Assembly (NCBI GenBank): GCA_002011125.2
Contig: MTMF02000009.1
Span: 460,006-524,005, forward strand
Length of the DNA stretch: 64,000 bases
From: Candidatus Hydrothermarchaeum profundi
Lineage (GTDB): Archaea; Hydrothermarchaeota; Hydrothermarchaeia; Hydrothermarchaeales; Hydrothermarchaeaceae
Direction of reading: 5' to 3'
The notes below the pieces were generated by a model. That model was not told the origin of the DNA. It saw only the letters and a program-made list of their open reading frames with translations, and searched no databases. Position 1 is the stretch's first letter. The number at the start of each line of letters is the position of its first letter. The translations under genes were made by a program, and so were the position numbers. Below, one piece after another: positions 1-9,393 of this stretch.

Positions 1-396
1 TTTATATTCCCGGCTCCTATTATAATCCGCTACAAATCTCTCAAGTCTGCCTATGGCCACTGGTTCGTACTTTCTACCAAGCACACAATTCTTCTCACAT
101 TGCAATTCCTGAGGACATACTCTACCGCATATTGCTGGAAGATAATTACTCTTTTTTATTATTTTAATAGCGGTCTTAAAATCATGGTTTAAAATACATT
201 TAATAAATCCTGGTATATTTATTCTTACAGGACAACCTTTAACGCATCTAGGCTTAGCACATTGAAGGCATCTGCTTGCCTCTTTTAGAGCCTGAGTTTC
301 AGAATATCCAAGAGCAACTTCTTCAAAATTTTTTACTCTTTCTTTGGGGCGCTGCTCCGGCATATCAACTCTTTTTGGCAAGATTTTCTTACTCAT
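1..396 (-). CDS. sudA: SudA/NfnB (GltD-like NADPH-dependent flavin-FeS oxidoreductase), 5' part; runs off window start
   Basis: Not in the ORF track. Manual translation MSKKILPKRVDMPEQRPKERVKNFEEVALGYSETQALKEASRCLQCAKPRCVKGCPVRINIP...AICGRVCPQELQCEKNC matches the GltD/SudA FeS N-terminus. ATGA overlap with sudB. Confidence 0.9.
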   Translation of the reverse strand, partial: MSKKILPKRVDMPEQRPKERVKNFEEVALGYSETQALKEASRCLQCAKPRCVKGCPVRINIPGFIKCILNHDFKTAIKIIKKSNYLPAICGRVCPQELQCEKNCVLGRKYEPVAIGRLERFVADYNRSREYK

Positions 397-1217
397 AACA
401 GCCTCTCATACTCCTTTAGAGCTATTTTTTCTTCTTCTACGTACATCTTTTGTCTTCTTTTAAGCTCATCAAAATCCACTTTATATCCATCGAACTCTGG
501 ACCATGAACGCAGGCAAACTTTGTCTCACCACCAACTGTAACTCTACAGGCGCCACACATTCCTGTACCGTCCAGCATTATAGCTCCTAGACTAGAAATA
601 GCTTTTGCACCATGTTCCTTTGCTATTTTAGATGCTGTCTTCATTAGCAATGTTGGACCAATAGAAAGTATCAAATCAACTTTATTAGATTTTAGGAAAT
701 CCCTAAGAGCACTCACAGCATATCCCTTTCTCCCCATAGAACCATCATCAGTTGCAACAATAACCTCGTCACTGATCTTCTTTAGCTTATCTAGGAGGAA
801 TACATATTCCTTGGATCTCGCTCCAACTATAATGGTTACCTTGTTTCCTGCCCTTTTAAGGGACCTCGCAATCGGGTGTATTGCGCCAACAGTTCCCTCT
901 CTACATATGCAAACAACATGCCCGTATCTCCGTATCTCACTAGGTTTACCTAATGGACCAATAATATTCATTATTCCATCTCCAACTTCCAAAGAAGCAA
1001 GTTTTTTGGTCGTCTTTCCAACCTCATGGACTACTGTCTCAATATAGCCTCTTTTTCTATCAAATTCGAATATGCTCATAGGAATTCTTTCTCCTTTTTC
1101 ATCTATCCTTAAAACAAAAAACTGACCGGGTTGGATTTTTGCAGCCACTAACGGAGCATGAATTTTAACCAGCTTATAACCTGGAGCGAGTTCACTGTTA
1201 GCCACTACTTTATACAT
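393..1217 (-). CDS. sudB: SudB/NfnA, PyrK-like FAD/[2Fe-2S] subunit
   Basis: PGQF..LR, GERIP, GPLG, DDGS.G.KG and MLDGTGMCGACR...CVHGPEFDG (Asp/Cys3 2Fe-2S). ATG at 1217 preferred over TTG at 1232. Confidence 0.9.
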   Translation of the reverse strand: MYKVVANSELAPGYKLVKIHAPLVAAKIQPGQFFVLRIDEKGERIPMSIFEFDRKRGYIETVVHEVGKTTKKLASLEVGDGIMNIIGPLGKPSEIRRYGHVVCICREGTVGAIHPIARSLKRAGNKVTIIVGARSKEYVFLLDKLKKISDEVIVATDDGSMGRKGYAVSALRDFLKSNKVDLILSIGPTLLMKTASKIAKEHGAKAISSLGAIMLDGTGMCGACRVTVGGETKFACVHGPEFDGYKVDFDELKRRQKMYVEEEKIALKEYERLL

Positions 1218-1266
1218 ACCCGGTATCCTCAAAGTGATAACATAAAAAAAAATTGAGATAATTATT

Positions 1267-1716
1267 TTAAATCCTTATACCGTGTTCTTCTTTCACTGTA
1301 TTAAGCACTATCATCGTATATGTTCTTTTAACATGTTTAGTTGCTAGAATTTTTTTTACAAAATCATTTAGAGAAGAGCGGCTTTTAAATTTGGCAACTA
1401 TCATAGCATCATACTCCCCTGTCACATCATAGACCGCCGTAGCATTCGGCTCTTTCGCGATTTGCTCTTCTATCTCCGGGAGATGACCACCTTCAACCAT
1501 TACCCCTATTAGTGCTACAATATCGTATCCCAGCTTAGAATAATCTATGTCTGGAATAAATCCTCTTATAACTTTATTCTCTTTAAGCTTGCTTACTCTG
1601 TTATATACTGTGCCCTCAGCAACTCCAAGCTTCTCGGCTATCTCACGATAGCTTTTTCTAGCATCAGCTTGAAGTTCTCTAATTATTTTTAAATCCAACT
1701 CGTCGATTTTTACCAT
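1267..1716 (-). CDS. Lrp/AsnC family transcriptional regulator
   Basis: IDELDLKIIRELQADARKSYREIAEKLGVAEGTVYNRV HTH and RAM domain with VTGEYD. Start at MVKIDE preferred (track start 1740). Confidence 0.93.
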   Translation of the reverse strand: MVKIDELDLKIIRELQADARKSYREIAEKLGVAEGTVYNRVSKLKENKVIRGFIPDIDYSKLGYDIVALIGVMVEGGHLPEIEEQIAKEPNATAVYDVTGEYDAMIVAKFKSRSSLNDFVKKILATKHVKRTYTMIVLNTVKEEHGIRI

Positions 1717-1761
1717 GGACTTGAAATGTCCTCTGCCCATTATTAATTTTTTCTAAAGAGT

Positions 1762-2304
1762 CTATTTTATTGCTTTTACTCTTAACTTCGCAAAATCTTC
1801 TTTTATTTCAACTTTATACCCCATACTAGGGAGTACTACCTCCAAAAAGGTTTTAACAAATCTTTTTGTAAGATCAGAAAATAAGATAAGCGTGAATTCA
1901 TTTTCTGAGGCTTTGTTTAACTTAAAAAAATTGCATGCCTCAAGTCTTTTAAGAACACCCTCTGCCGTGGGCACCTGCGATGAAAATTGCTCAGAATGAG
2001 ATTTAGCTACTTTTAAGTGATCTTCCCAAAATTTTTCTTTATCGGGAGAAGATTCTATAAATTTTAAGAATAGGAGAAAATGATCTACATCAAGAATTAT
2101 ATGTTCCCCGCTGGATAACATATCAACATAAATTTTAATTCTTTCGCTTCCAAATTCGTCAACAATTTTCTTATTCTCGCTGTAAAATCTGAGAGCCCTT
2201 CTAAAAACTCCACTCTGGGAGAGCTTCATATCTCTCCTTAACTTTTCAAGAAGAGACATTGTTTCTGAGTCTAAAGATATTGTGATTCTAGTTGGAACCC
2301 TCAT
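1762..2304 (-). CDS. Ribbon-helix-helix (CopG-like) regulator with a C-terminal putative ligand-binding (V4R-like) domain
   Basis: RITISLD...LEKL...SQSGVFRRAL is an RHH pattern. The C-terminal fold is inferred. Track start 2325. Confidence 0.7.
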   Translation of the reverse strand: MRVPTRITISLDSETMSLLEKLRRDMKLSQSGVFRRALRFYSENKKIVDEFGSERIKIYVDMLSSGEHIILDVDHFLLFLKFIESSPDKEKFWEDHLKVAKSHSEQFSSQVPTAEGVLKRLEACNFFKLNKASENEFTLILFSDLTKRFVKTFLEVVLPSMGYKVEIKEDFAKLRVKAIK

Positions 2305-2520
2305 TGGAATAATAGTTGTTACCAAATAGTATAAATTTCATTCTATTCAGAGCTAATTTGAAGAAAATACTATTATTACTGATTTAATTGACATTTCTAT
2401 TTCAAAATAATTAAAATTTCTTTGACGTAGATGGTCTTGAGAATCAAGTAATAGAATAAAGGTTTATTCTACGCCGAAAAAATGACACGTTCAAAGAATG
2501 AGTGAGTATAATCAAAGGAT

Positions 2521-2560
2521 TTCTGAACATTTCATAATTTTTCTTAAAAAGTTTTATATA
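2521..2560 (+). promoter_or_regulatory. glnA promoter: 7-3-7 palindrome TTCTGAA-CAT-TTCATAA (2521-2537) plus BRE/TATA AAAAAG-TTTTATATA
   Basis: Archaeal BRE-TATA about 70 nt upstream of the ATG. The same palindrome recurs at 4059-4075. Confidence 0.65.
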
Positions 2561-2627
2561 TGTCTTCAATTTTTTCTACAATGTTTTGTGGTTTCATAAA
2601 TATTCCACATGTGTGAGGTGAATATGT

Positions 2628-4001
2628 ATGGCGCGAATAAAAAGCGGATATTCTGATGAAGAAAAACAAAATGCTTTAGAATGTGCTAAAAAAGAGGACG
2701 TAAAATTTGTAAGACTACAGTTTACCGACATTAAGGGTACGTTAAAAAGCACTGCAATTCTAGTTAACGACCTTGAAGACGTATTAGATAATGGGCAAGG
2801 CTTTGATGGCTCTTCTATTTTAGGATACACGCCAATACATGAGTCTGATATGCTGTTAGTGCCTGACCCAAATACCTTCTCAATACTTCCTTGGAGACCC
2901 TCCCCTAAAAGAGTGGCAAGACTTATATGTGACGTATATCATCCTGACGGCAGACGATTCGAAGGAGACCCACGCTATGTAGCTCAAAGAGCTCTCGAAG
3001 AAGCTAAGAAAATGGGGTATATCTTTAACTGTGGTCCAGAACTGGAGTTTTTCCTATTCAAAAAGGAATTTAACCCTGCATTTGGTCCAGAAACCGTGGA
3101 TCATGGAGGCTACTTTGACTTCCATCCACTAGACCTTGCTGAAGACATCCGTAGAGAGATGGTTTTCGACTTAGAAAAATTTGGAATAAGAGTTGAGATG
3201 AGTCACCATGAAGTCTCTCCAAGTCAATATGAAGTAGATTTTCAATATGATAATCTTGTCAAAACGGCGGATAATGTAGTAACATATAAAATGGTAGCGA
3301 AAACGATAGCCCATCTTAACAACTACATAGCAACGTTTATGCCGAAACCTATCTATGGAATCAATGGGTCTGGAATGCATACTCACCAGAGCTTATGGGA
3401 TATTAAAGAAAATAGAAACGCCTTTTATGATCCTGAAAGAAAGAGAGCAGATGCTATGTCTGATATTTTTCTATATTTCATTGGAGGTTTATTAAATCAT
3501 GCTAAAGCTCTTTCAGCAATAGTTGCTCCAACTGTAAACTCATATAAAAGGCTAGTACCAGGATATGAAGCTCCCGTATACATTTCATGGGCTCATAAAA
3601 ACAGGTCAGCTCTAATACGGGTGCCAGAATATTTCCCAGGCATGGAAAAAGCTATGAGAGCAGAGTTCAGGTGTCCAGATCCAAGTTGCAATCCATATCT
3701 GGCATTCGCTGCCATGTGCGCTGCCGGACTTGATGGAATAAGGAAAAAAATTACGCCTCCTGATCCTGTAGAAGCAGATATATTCGAAATGAGTCCCAAG
3801 GAAAAAGCAGAACGCGGTATAGAATCATTACCAAGCACTCTTAAGGAGGCTCTTAACGAGCTGGAAAATGACAAAGTAATTCAGAAAGCCCTAGGAAACC
3901 ACGTATATACAAATTATATGAAAATTAAAAATCAGGAATGGGATGAATATAGAATGTCTGTATCTCAATGGGAACTTGAAAAATATCTAAAGTTCTGTTA
4001 A
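2628..4001 (+). CDS. glnA: Glutamine synthetase type I (alpha)
   Basis: FDGSSI, GPELEFF, HHEV, ATFMPKP..G.NGSGMH.H.SL, NSYKRLVPGYEAP, NRSALIRVP, EFRCPDPSCNPYL. Phe (DIFEM) at the position of the adenylylated Tyr of GSI-beta. Confidence 0.98.
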   Translation: MARIKSGYSDEEKQNALECAKKEDVKFVRLQFTDIKGTLKSTAILVNDLEDVLDNGQGFDGSSILGYTPIHESDMLLVPDPNTFSILPWRPSPKRVARLICDVYHPDGRRFEGDPRYVAQRALEEAKKMGYIFNCGPELEFFLFKKEFNPAFGPETVDHGGYFDFHPLDLAEDIRREMVFDLEKFGIRVEMSHHEVSPSQYEVDFQYDNLVKTADNVVTYKMVAKTIAHLNNYIATFMPKPIYGINGSGMHTHQSLWDIKENRNAFYDPERKRADAMSDIFLYFIGGLLNHAKALSAIVAPTVNSYKRLVPGYEAPVYISWAHKNRSALIRVPEYFPGMEKAMRAEFRCPDPSCNPYLAFAAMCAAGLDGIRKKITPPDPVEADIFEMSPKEKAERGIESLPSTLKEALNELENDKVIQKALGNHVYTNYMKIKNQEWDEYRMSVSQWELEKYLKFC

Positions 4002-4011
4002 AATGTATATC

Positions 4012-4042
4012 AGGGGTGCCATAGTGGTCTCCCCTCTTTTTT
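4012..4042 (+). terminator. Hairpin plus oligo-T terminator after glnA
   Basis: AGGGGTGCCA-TAG-TGGTCTCCCCT followed by CTTTTTT. Confidence 0.6.
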
Positions 4043-4058
4043 ATATATTTAAGAGAGT

Positions 4059-4088
4059 TTATGAACTTTTCACAAATAATTTTATAAA
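4059..4088 (+). promoter_or_regulatory. glt operon promoter: palindrome TTATGAA-CTT-TTCACAA (4059-4075) plus TATA TTTATAAA (4081-4088)
   Basis: Same 7-3-7 motif as the glnA promoter. Confidence 0.6.
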
Positions 4089-4144
4089 TTAATTTTTGTA
4101 GTTATCAACTCCTCTAATTAGAAAAATTAGGGGTATAAATTAGG

Positions 4145-5320
4145 ATGAATACTTATAAATTTACAAAAAGATCGAATTATGCCTTTAGAGACTCTGGCGC
4201 CTGCGGGATTACTGCATTATTCAATTTAGATTTAGAACCAGTAAGTGGAGAAAAAATAAAGGACATGATCTGTGTAATGCGGGAGAGGGAAAATGGACAA
4301 GGCGCTGGATTCTCGGTCTATGGACTTTTTCCGGAATATCAAGATCAGTATTGCATTCAGCTTATACTTGAAGATATCCCAGAACGCCCTCCTGCCAAAG
4401 AAAGGGTAGAAGACTTCCTCTCTTCATGCACTGATATCGTAAAGGAGGAAAAGGTACCAGTGGATTCAAATGTTTTCAGGGAGTATCCTCTCGTATGGAG
4501 ATTCTTTGTTGAACCTAAGTGTGTCTCTGGAGAAGAAGACGATATGATGAAGAATATCATGATGTACATAAATGACAGGATTGACGGCGCCTTTTGTATG
4601 AGCGGCGGTAAGAATATGGCAGTATTTAAGGGTGTAGGCTGGTCGGACGAAATTGCAAAATTTTACAGGATTGAAGACTTGAAAGGTTATATGTGGAGTT
4701 TTCATTCACGTTTTCCAACAAACACGCCAGGATGGTGGGGTGGTGCTCATCCGTTTTCTATACTGGGCCATGCAGTTATCCATAACGGCGAGATCACGTC
4801 CTACGGAACAAACGTGGAATACCTAAGGGAACTTGGGTATACGTGTACATTGATGACCGACACAGAGCCTCTGATTTATATTTTCGACTATATAGTCAGG
4901 AAAAGCGGGTATCCATATAAAATAGCACTTCAAACTGCCACAATGGCAATGGCTCCTCCATATTGGAGGGATATTGATAGAATGGATCCCATTCTGAAAA
5001 AATGGGTTGCCTCTATTAGAATAACGCATAGGTGGGCCATGGCTAATGGTCCTTTTAGTATCGTATTAACAACCAATATGCCAAGACCTACTATGATCGG
5101 ACATTCGGACAGAAAAAAACTTAGACCGCTAATTGCAGCTCTTTCTGAAGATGAAAAGACATTTTATTTAGCAAGCGAACTCAACGCTATTCACGAAGTG
5201 GATAATACAAGCAACTACTGGCAACCAGACCCTGGAAGACCGGTTATTGCAACTGAAGACGGAGTAATGTTGAAAGGATCTGATAGGGATATCTATAAAT
5301 TTGCGGAGGTTCTTAAGTGA
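4145..5320 (+). CDS. gltB1: Glutamate synthase, glutamine amidotransferase (Ntn, class II) subunit
   Basis: RDSGA|CG propeptide with nucleophile Cys20; HSRFPTNT..WW.GAHPF; HNGEI; TDTE; NGPF. Confidence 0.9.
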   Translation: MNTYKFTKRSNYAFRDSGACGITALFNLDLEPVSGEKIKDMICVMRERENGQGAGFSVYGLFPEYQDQYCIQLILEDIPERPPAKERVEDFLSSCTDIVKEEKVPVDSNVFREYPLVWRFFVEPKCVSGEEDDMMKNIMMYINDRIDGAFCMSGGKNMAVFKGVGWSDEIAKFYRIEDLKGYMWSFHSRFPTNTPGWWGGAHPFSILGHAVIHNGEITSYGTNVEYLRELGYTCTLMTDTEPLIYIFDYIVRKSGYPYKIALQTATMAMAPPYWRDIDRMDPILKKWVASIRITHRWAMANGPFSIVLTTNMPRPTMIGHSDRKKLRPLIAALSEDEKTFYLASELNAIHEVDNTSNYWQPDPGRPVIATEDGVMLKGSDRDIYKFAEVLK

Positions 5321-6855
5321 CAGCACCAAGAGACAAGCTGCTTCCTAGATTTAAAACAATTATAGATTATGATAGGTGTATTGGATGTGGTAAGTGCGGA
5401 GAAAGTTGTTCATACGGGTGTATTTTTTTCGACAAAGAACAAAAAAAGCCTTTTGTTAAAAAACAGGAAAACTGCGTAGCATGCCAAAGATGCGTTATTT
5501 TCTGCCCGAAAGAAGCGATTGAGATACATAACTACCCGGTTTCCTATCCACCTCATGCTCTTTGGAGTCCCTACCACGTACGCAGTATTATAGAACAGGC
5601 ACGCAGTGGAAGCGTTTTGATCTCAGGCACCGGAAATGATAGGCCTTACCCCGTGATCTTCGACTATTTAGTCTGGGATGCCTGTCAAGTTACTAATCCC
5701 TCTATAGATGCTCTTAGAGAGCCTGTAGAAACACGGACATGGCTAGGCAGAAAACCTAAACATCTCAGTATTAAAGAAGTTGACGGTAAATTTGAAATTG
5801 ATGATTTCCCTCCTAATGTAATGCTTTCTACTCCACTTATAATAGGACACATGAGCTTAGGATCTTTGAGCTATAATGCGATAACATCAATGTATAAAGC
5901 AGTAAAAGAGGTAGGCACTTTGATGGGTACTGGAGAGGGAGGTCTTCATAAGGACCATTATATTTATAAGGACAGGTTAATAGGAGAAGTCGCAAGCGGT
6001 AGATTTGGAGTTAGTCCTGAATACCTGGATATTGCGGCTTTAGAAATAAAAATAGGACAAGGAGCAAAGCCCGGACATGGCGGGCAACTTCCTGGCGAAA
6101 AAGTAACGGAATTAATTTCTGAGACTAGAGGCATACCAGTTGGAACTGACGCTCTTAGCCCTAATCCTCAACACGATATATACTCAATTGAAGACCTTAA
6201 AACTTTAATAGCTGCCCTTCATGAAGCTACCGAATACCGGATACCTGTTGGAGTTAAGATTGCGGCTGTCAATAACGTTGCAGCTATAGCATCGGGTATT
6301 GTAAGAGCAGATGCTGATTTCATTACAATCGATGGCTTCCGAGGTGGGACTGGTGCAGCTCCAAGGATCCTAAGGGACAATGCTGGTATACCTATTGAAC
6401 TTGCTATTGCATCCGTGGATCAGCACCTAAGAGATGAGAAGCTGAGACATAAAATTACACTAATAGCCGGAGGCGGAATAAGGTCCCCTTCAGATATGAT
6501 AAAAATTATAGCACTAGGTGCGGATATTGCGATGGTAGGAACCGCTCCGCTAATTGCGCTCGGATGCAAGGTATGCCAACAGTGCACTACAGGTAAATGT
6601 TCTTGGGGTATCGCTACTGGAAACCCAGAACTTGGAAAAAGGATTGATATTGAGTGGGGAGCTAGAAGAGTAGCTAATATGCTTAGAGCATGGACAGCCG
6701 AACTAGAGGAAGTACTCGGTACAATGGGGATTGATGCCGTAGAGAGTTTTGTAGGAAATAGAGATAGATTACGGTACTTGGGGCCTAACCCTCATGAAGC
6801 TGAAATTCTCGGAGTTAAACATGCCGGAGAGAGAATAACTAGGGGCGGAGAGTGA
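5317..6855 (+). CDS. gltB2: Glutamate synthase FMN-binding subunit with N-terminal 2x[4Fe-4S] ferredoxin domain
   Basis: CxxCxxCxxxC twice; MS.GSLS; TGEGG; VASGRFGV; EIKIGQGAKPG.GG.LPG.KV; HDIYSIEDL; GGTGAAP; Cx2Cx2Cx4C cluster. Confidence 0.95.
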   Translation: MTAPRDKLLPRFKTIIDYDRCIGCGKCGESCSYGCIFFDKEQKKPFVKKQENCVACQRCVIFCPKEAIEIHNYPVSYPPHALWSPYHVRSIIEQARSGSVLISGTGNDRPYPVIFDYLVWDACQVTNPSIDALREPVETRTWLGRKPKHLSIKEVDGKFEIDDFPPNVMLSTPLIIGHMSLGSLSYNAITSMYKAVKEVGTLMGTGEGGLHKDHYIYKDRLIGEVASGRFGVSPEYLDIAALEIKIGQGAKPGHGGQLPGEKVTELISETRGIPVGTDALSPNPQHDIYSIEDLKTLIAALHEATEYRIPVGVKIAAVNNVAAIASGIVRADADFITIDGFRGGTGAAPRILRDNAGIPIELAIASVDQHLRDEKLRHKITLIAGGGIRSPSDMIKIIALGADIAMVGTAPLIALGCKVCQQCTTGKCSWGIATGNPELGKRIDIEWGARRVANMLRAWTAELEEVLGTMGIDAVESFVGNRDRLRYLGPNPHEAEILGVKHAGERITRGGE

Positions 6856-6858
6856 AAG

Positions 6859-7698
6859 ATGGGTGAGAATAGACAGATAGTTATAAATGCAAATGAAAAT
6901 GGATGCAAGCTTTATCATAGAGAATTGAACAGGAAAATAAGAGAAGCCATTCAAAACGGTTACAAGCATATTATATTAAAGAATATAATGGGACAGAGAT
7001 TCATAGGGGCTGGGATAAAAGATGATGTAGTCATTGAAATCTATGGAGATGCGGGTCTTGATCTCGGAGTATTCTTTGGAGGTAAACAGATAATCGTTCA
7101 TGGATGTTCGGAATATCTGCTTGGAAATACGCTTAATGGCGGAGAAATTGTTGTTTATGGAGATTCATGGGATATCACAGGTATGGGGGCTCGAGATGGA
7201 AAAATATTTGTAATGGGCAATGGAGGGAGTCGAGTAGGAATTCACATGAAGGAATATAAAGACAAAAAACCGGTTATCTGCTATGGAGGCAAAGTAAAGC
7301 AGTACTGTGGCGAGTATATGGCTGGGGGAATCATAGTTATACTTGGTCTAGATTTCAGAGAAGCTATAATTGACAGAAAAAAGCCCTTAGACCGAGATAA
7401 TATCGATCCAAGTAAGATAAAAAATTATGATGATCCTATTGTTCAATCAGATATTGGTGGAGGGATACACGGGGGAGCAATTTATGTTCGTGGTGAAGTT
7501 CCCAAAGAATATCTAGGGGTATACGCAGTGAAAGAAAAAGCAACGAACGCTGATAAGAGAATTCTAAAACCAATAATTAAAAGGTTTTGTGAACTGTTCA
7601 ACTGCCCTGAAGACCTTATATGGCAGAAGGAATTCACTAAAATAAGGCCGATATCTTCTAGACCATTCGGGAAGCATTATAGTACCGTGCCTATTTAA
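6859..7698 (+). CDS. gltB3: Glutamate synthase GXGXG (domain 3) subunit
   Basis: GQRFIG; repeated GxGxG beta-helix; R.GIHMKEY; GEYMAGG; G.HGG.IYVRG; SSRP. Confidence 0.9.
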   Translation: MGENRQIVINANENGCKLYHRELNRKIREAIQNGYKHIILKNIMGQRFIGAGIKDDVVIEIYGDAGLDLGVFFGGKQIIVHGCSEYLLGNTLNGGEIVVYGDSWDITGMGARDGKIFVMGNGGSRVGIHMKEYKDKKPVICYGGKVKQYCGEYMAGGIIVILGLDFREAIIDRKKPLDRDNIDPSKIKNYDDPIVQSDIGGGIHGGAIYVRGEVPKEYLGVYAVKEKATNADKRILKPIIKRFCELFNCPEDLIWQKEFTKIRPISSRPFGKHYSTVPI

Positions 7699-7736
7699 GA
7701 TAACTTTAATATTGCCCTACGTTTAAAATTAATTAA

Positions 7737-9275
7737 ATGCAACGAAAGATTATTGGCCTACTACTCTTTATCCTTATTCTTTCTTTAACTGCTACTTTCA
7801 CTTTTATGAAAGTAGAGGGTAGAAGCTTTGTTGACTCTGTATATTTCGTTGTAGCTACTATAACGACCGTAGGGTATGGAGATATAGTAGCTGAAACTCT
7901 TGAAGGAAAACTTTTATCAGTATTTTTAATGATTCTAGGCGTAGGTGCTGTACTTTCACTTATACCCTTAGCCTTTAGCTATTTTTTAGAAAGAGGAATT
8001 AGGATAAGTCTCGGGCTTGGAAGCGTACCAAAATTAAAAGATCACATAATAATATGCCGTTACAACGAACTGAGTGGAGAAGCGATAGAGGAAATAAAAG
8101 AGCATGGATTGTCATTCATAGTAATTGAGGATGATGAGGATAGAGTTAGAGAGCTAAGAGAATTAGACTTACCTTTTATAAACGGCGATCCTAGTGAAGA
8201 AAGAATCTTAGAAAAAGCTTCTACTAGAAGCGCGTTGTCAGCTATACTCGCCTCTAAAAATGATTCGGAAAATGTTTTTGTCGCAATGGCTGCTAAAAAT
8301 CTTAATCCCAACATTAGATTAATAGGTATTGTCAATACAAGTGAAAACACTCCAATATATGAGAAAGTAGAAATTGATAAAATTATAGACCCCCACGATA
8401 TTTCTCTCAAAATCCTTAGTAAAAACGCTCTTTCTCCATATGCTGCTGATTTACTTGATAAAATTTCTCTTTTCGCTGATATAAATCTAGGCCAATTCCA
8501 AGTTACCGCCGATTCTCCTCTTTTAGGAAAAACCATTCAAGAAAGCGAGTTTAGGAATAAATCAGGGGCTTCAATTGTAGCTATATGGAGAAAAAATGAG
8601 ATAATCCCTAATCCCTCTTCAAGTGAAATATTTGAAGAAAATGATGTCTTATTAGTTCTTGGAACTTCTACTCAGCTTAAAGAAGCTAAGGCTCTAATTG
8701 AGAAGGGGACAAGAAAAAAGAAAATCAAGGAACTGAGGGAGGAGAAAAAATTAAAACAAAAAGAAGCCGCGAATGAGATTAGAGTTAGATTGCCTAAAGT
8801 AGCTTTAAATACTCTACTAATTCTAGGTTTTTTATTCGCAGTTACTGTAGTTTTTCCCTCAATGGCTGCTGTGTGGAATCTAATACCCCCTGTAGGAACT
8901 GCATTAGGGACCCTATTACCAATAACTGCTTGGATAGTAATAGCTCTTTTAGTATTCAGAATTGCGGAAGACATCAAAGTACTTTTTGAGATCACCTCTG
9001 AAGCAGTAACCGGGCTTTTTCCAGGCGTAGAAGGTTTAAACTTACGAAGAGCGATGAAAGACATAATTTACGCTGCAGCTACGGTTATTTTTTTCACTTT
9101 ACTATCTCCGTTCATCTCTGGAACTCCAACTATAGTTAGAAGCTTTTTCTCAATAGTTACTATAATAATCCCTATACTTTTTCTTTACGATGCTGGTAGA
9201 ATACTGTATGGGCAATTAGCTATAATAGTTGATAGAATAACGGAAAAAGTAGCTGGAGAATTAGAGAAAAAATAA
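7737..9275 (+). CDS. 2TM potassium channel with RCK-N and RCK-C domains plus an extra C-terminal ~4-TM domain
   Basis: TITTVGYGD selectivity filter; KDHIIIC RCK; TrkA-C (LLGKTI...IVAIWR...PNP); hydrophobic C-terminal extension. Confidence 0.9.
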   Translation: MQRKIIGLLLFILILSLTATFTFMKVEGRSFVDSVYFVVATITTVGYGDIVAETLEGKLLSVFLMILGVGAVLSLIPLAFSYFLERGIRISLGLGSVPKLKDHIIICRYNELSGEAIEEIKEHGLSFIVIEDDEDRVRELRELDLPFINGDPSEERILEKASTRSALSAILASKNDSENVFVAMAAKNLNPNIRLIGIVNTSENTPIYEKVEIDKIIDPHDISLKILSKNALSPYAADLLDKISLFADINLGQFQVTADSPLLGKTIQESEFRNKSGASIVAIWRKNEIIPNPSSSEIFEENDVLLVLGTSTQLKEAKALIEKGTRKKKIKELREEKKLKQKEAANEIRVRLPKVALNTLLILGFLFAVTVVFPSMAAVWNLIPPVGTALGTLLPITAWIVIALLVFRIAEDIKVLFEITSEAVTGLFPGVEGLNLRRAMKDIIYAAATVIFFTLLSPFISGTPTIVRSFFSIVTIIIPILFLYDAGRILYGQLAIIVDRITEKVAGELEKK

Positions 9276-9393
9276 AATGCGGGAGTAATAAAAGAAAAGT
9301 ATTGGATTTTAAAAATAATTCCAATAGTAAGCGGAGTAAAAAAGAGGTGAATAGGCAAACTCGACTAGGTTACTGGATTATTGCCTAGATGAA

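Noticed and set aside
2326-2627. NrpR operator upstream of glnA
   Set aside because: No GGAA-N6-TTCC seen by eye.
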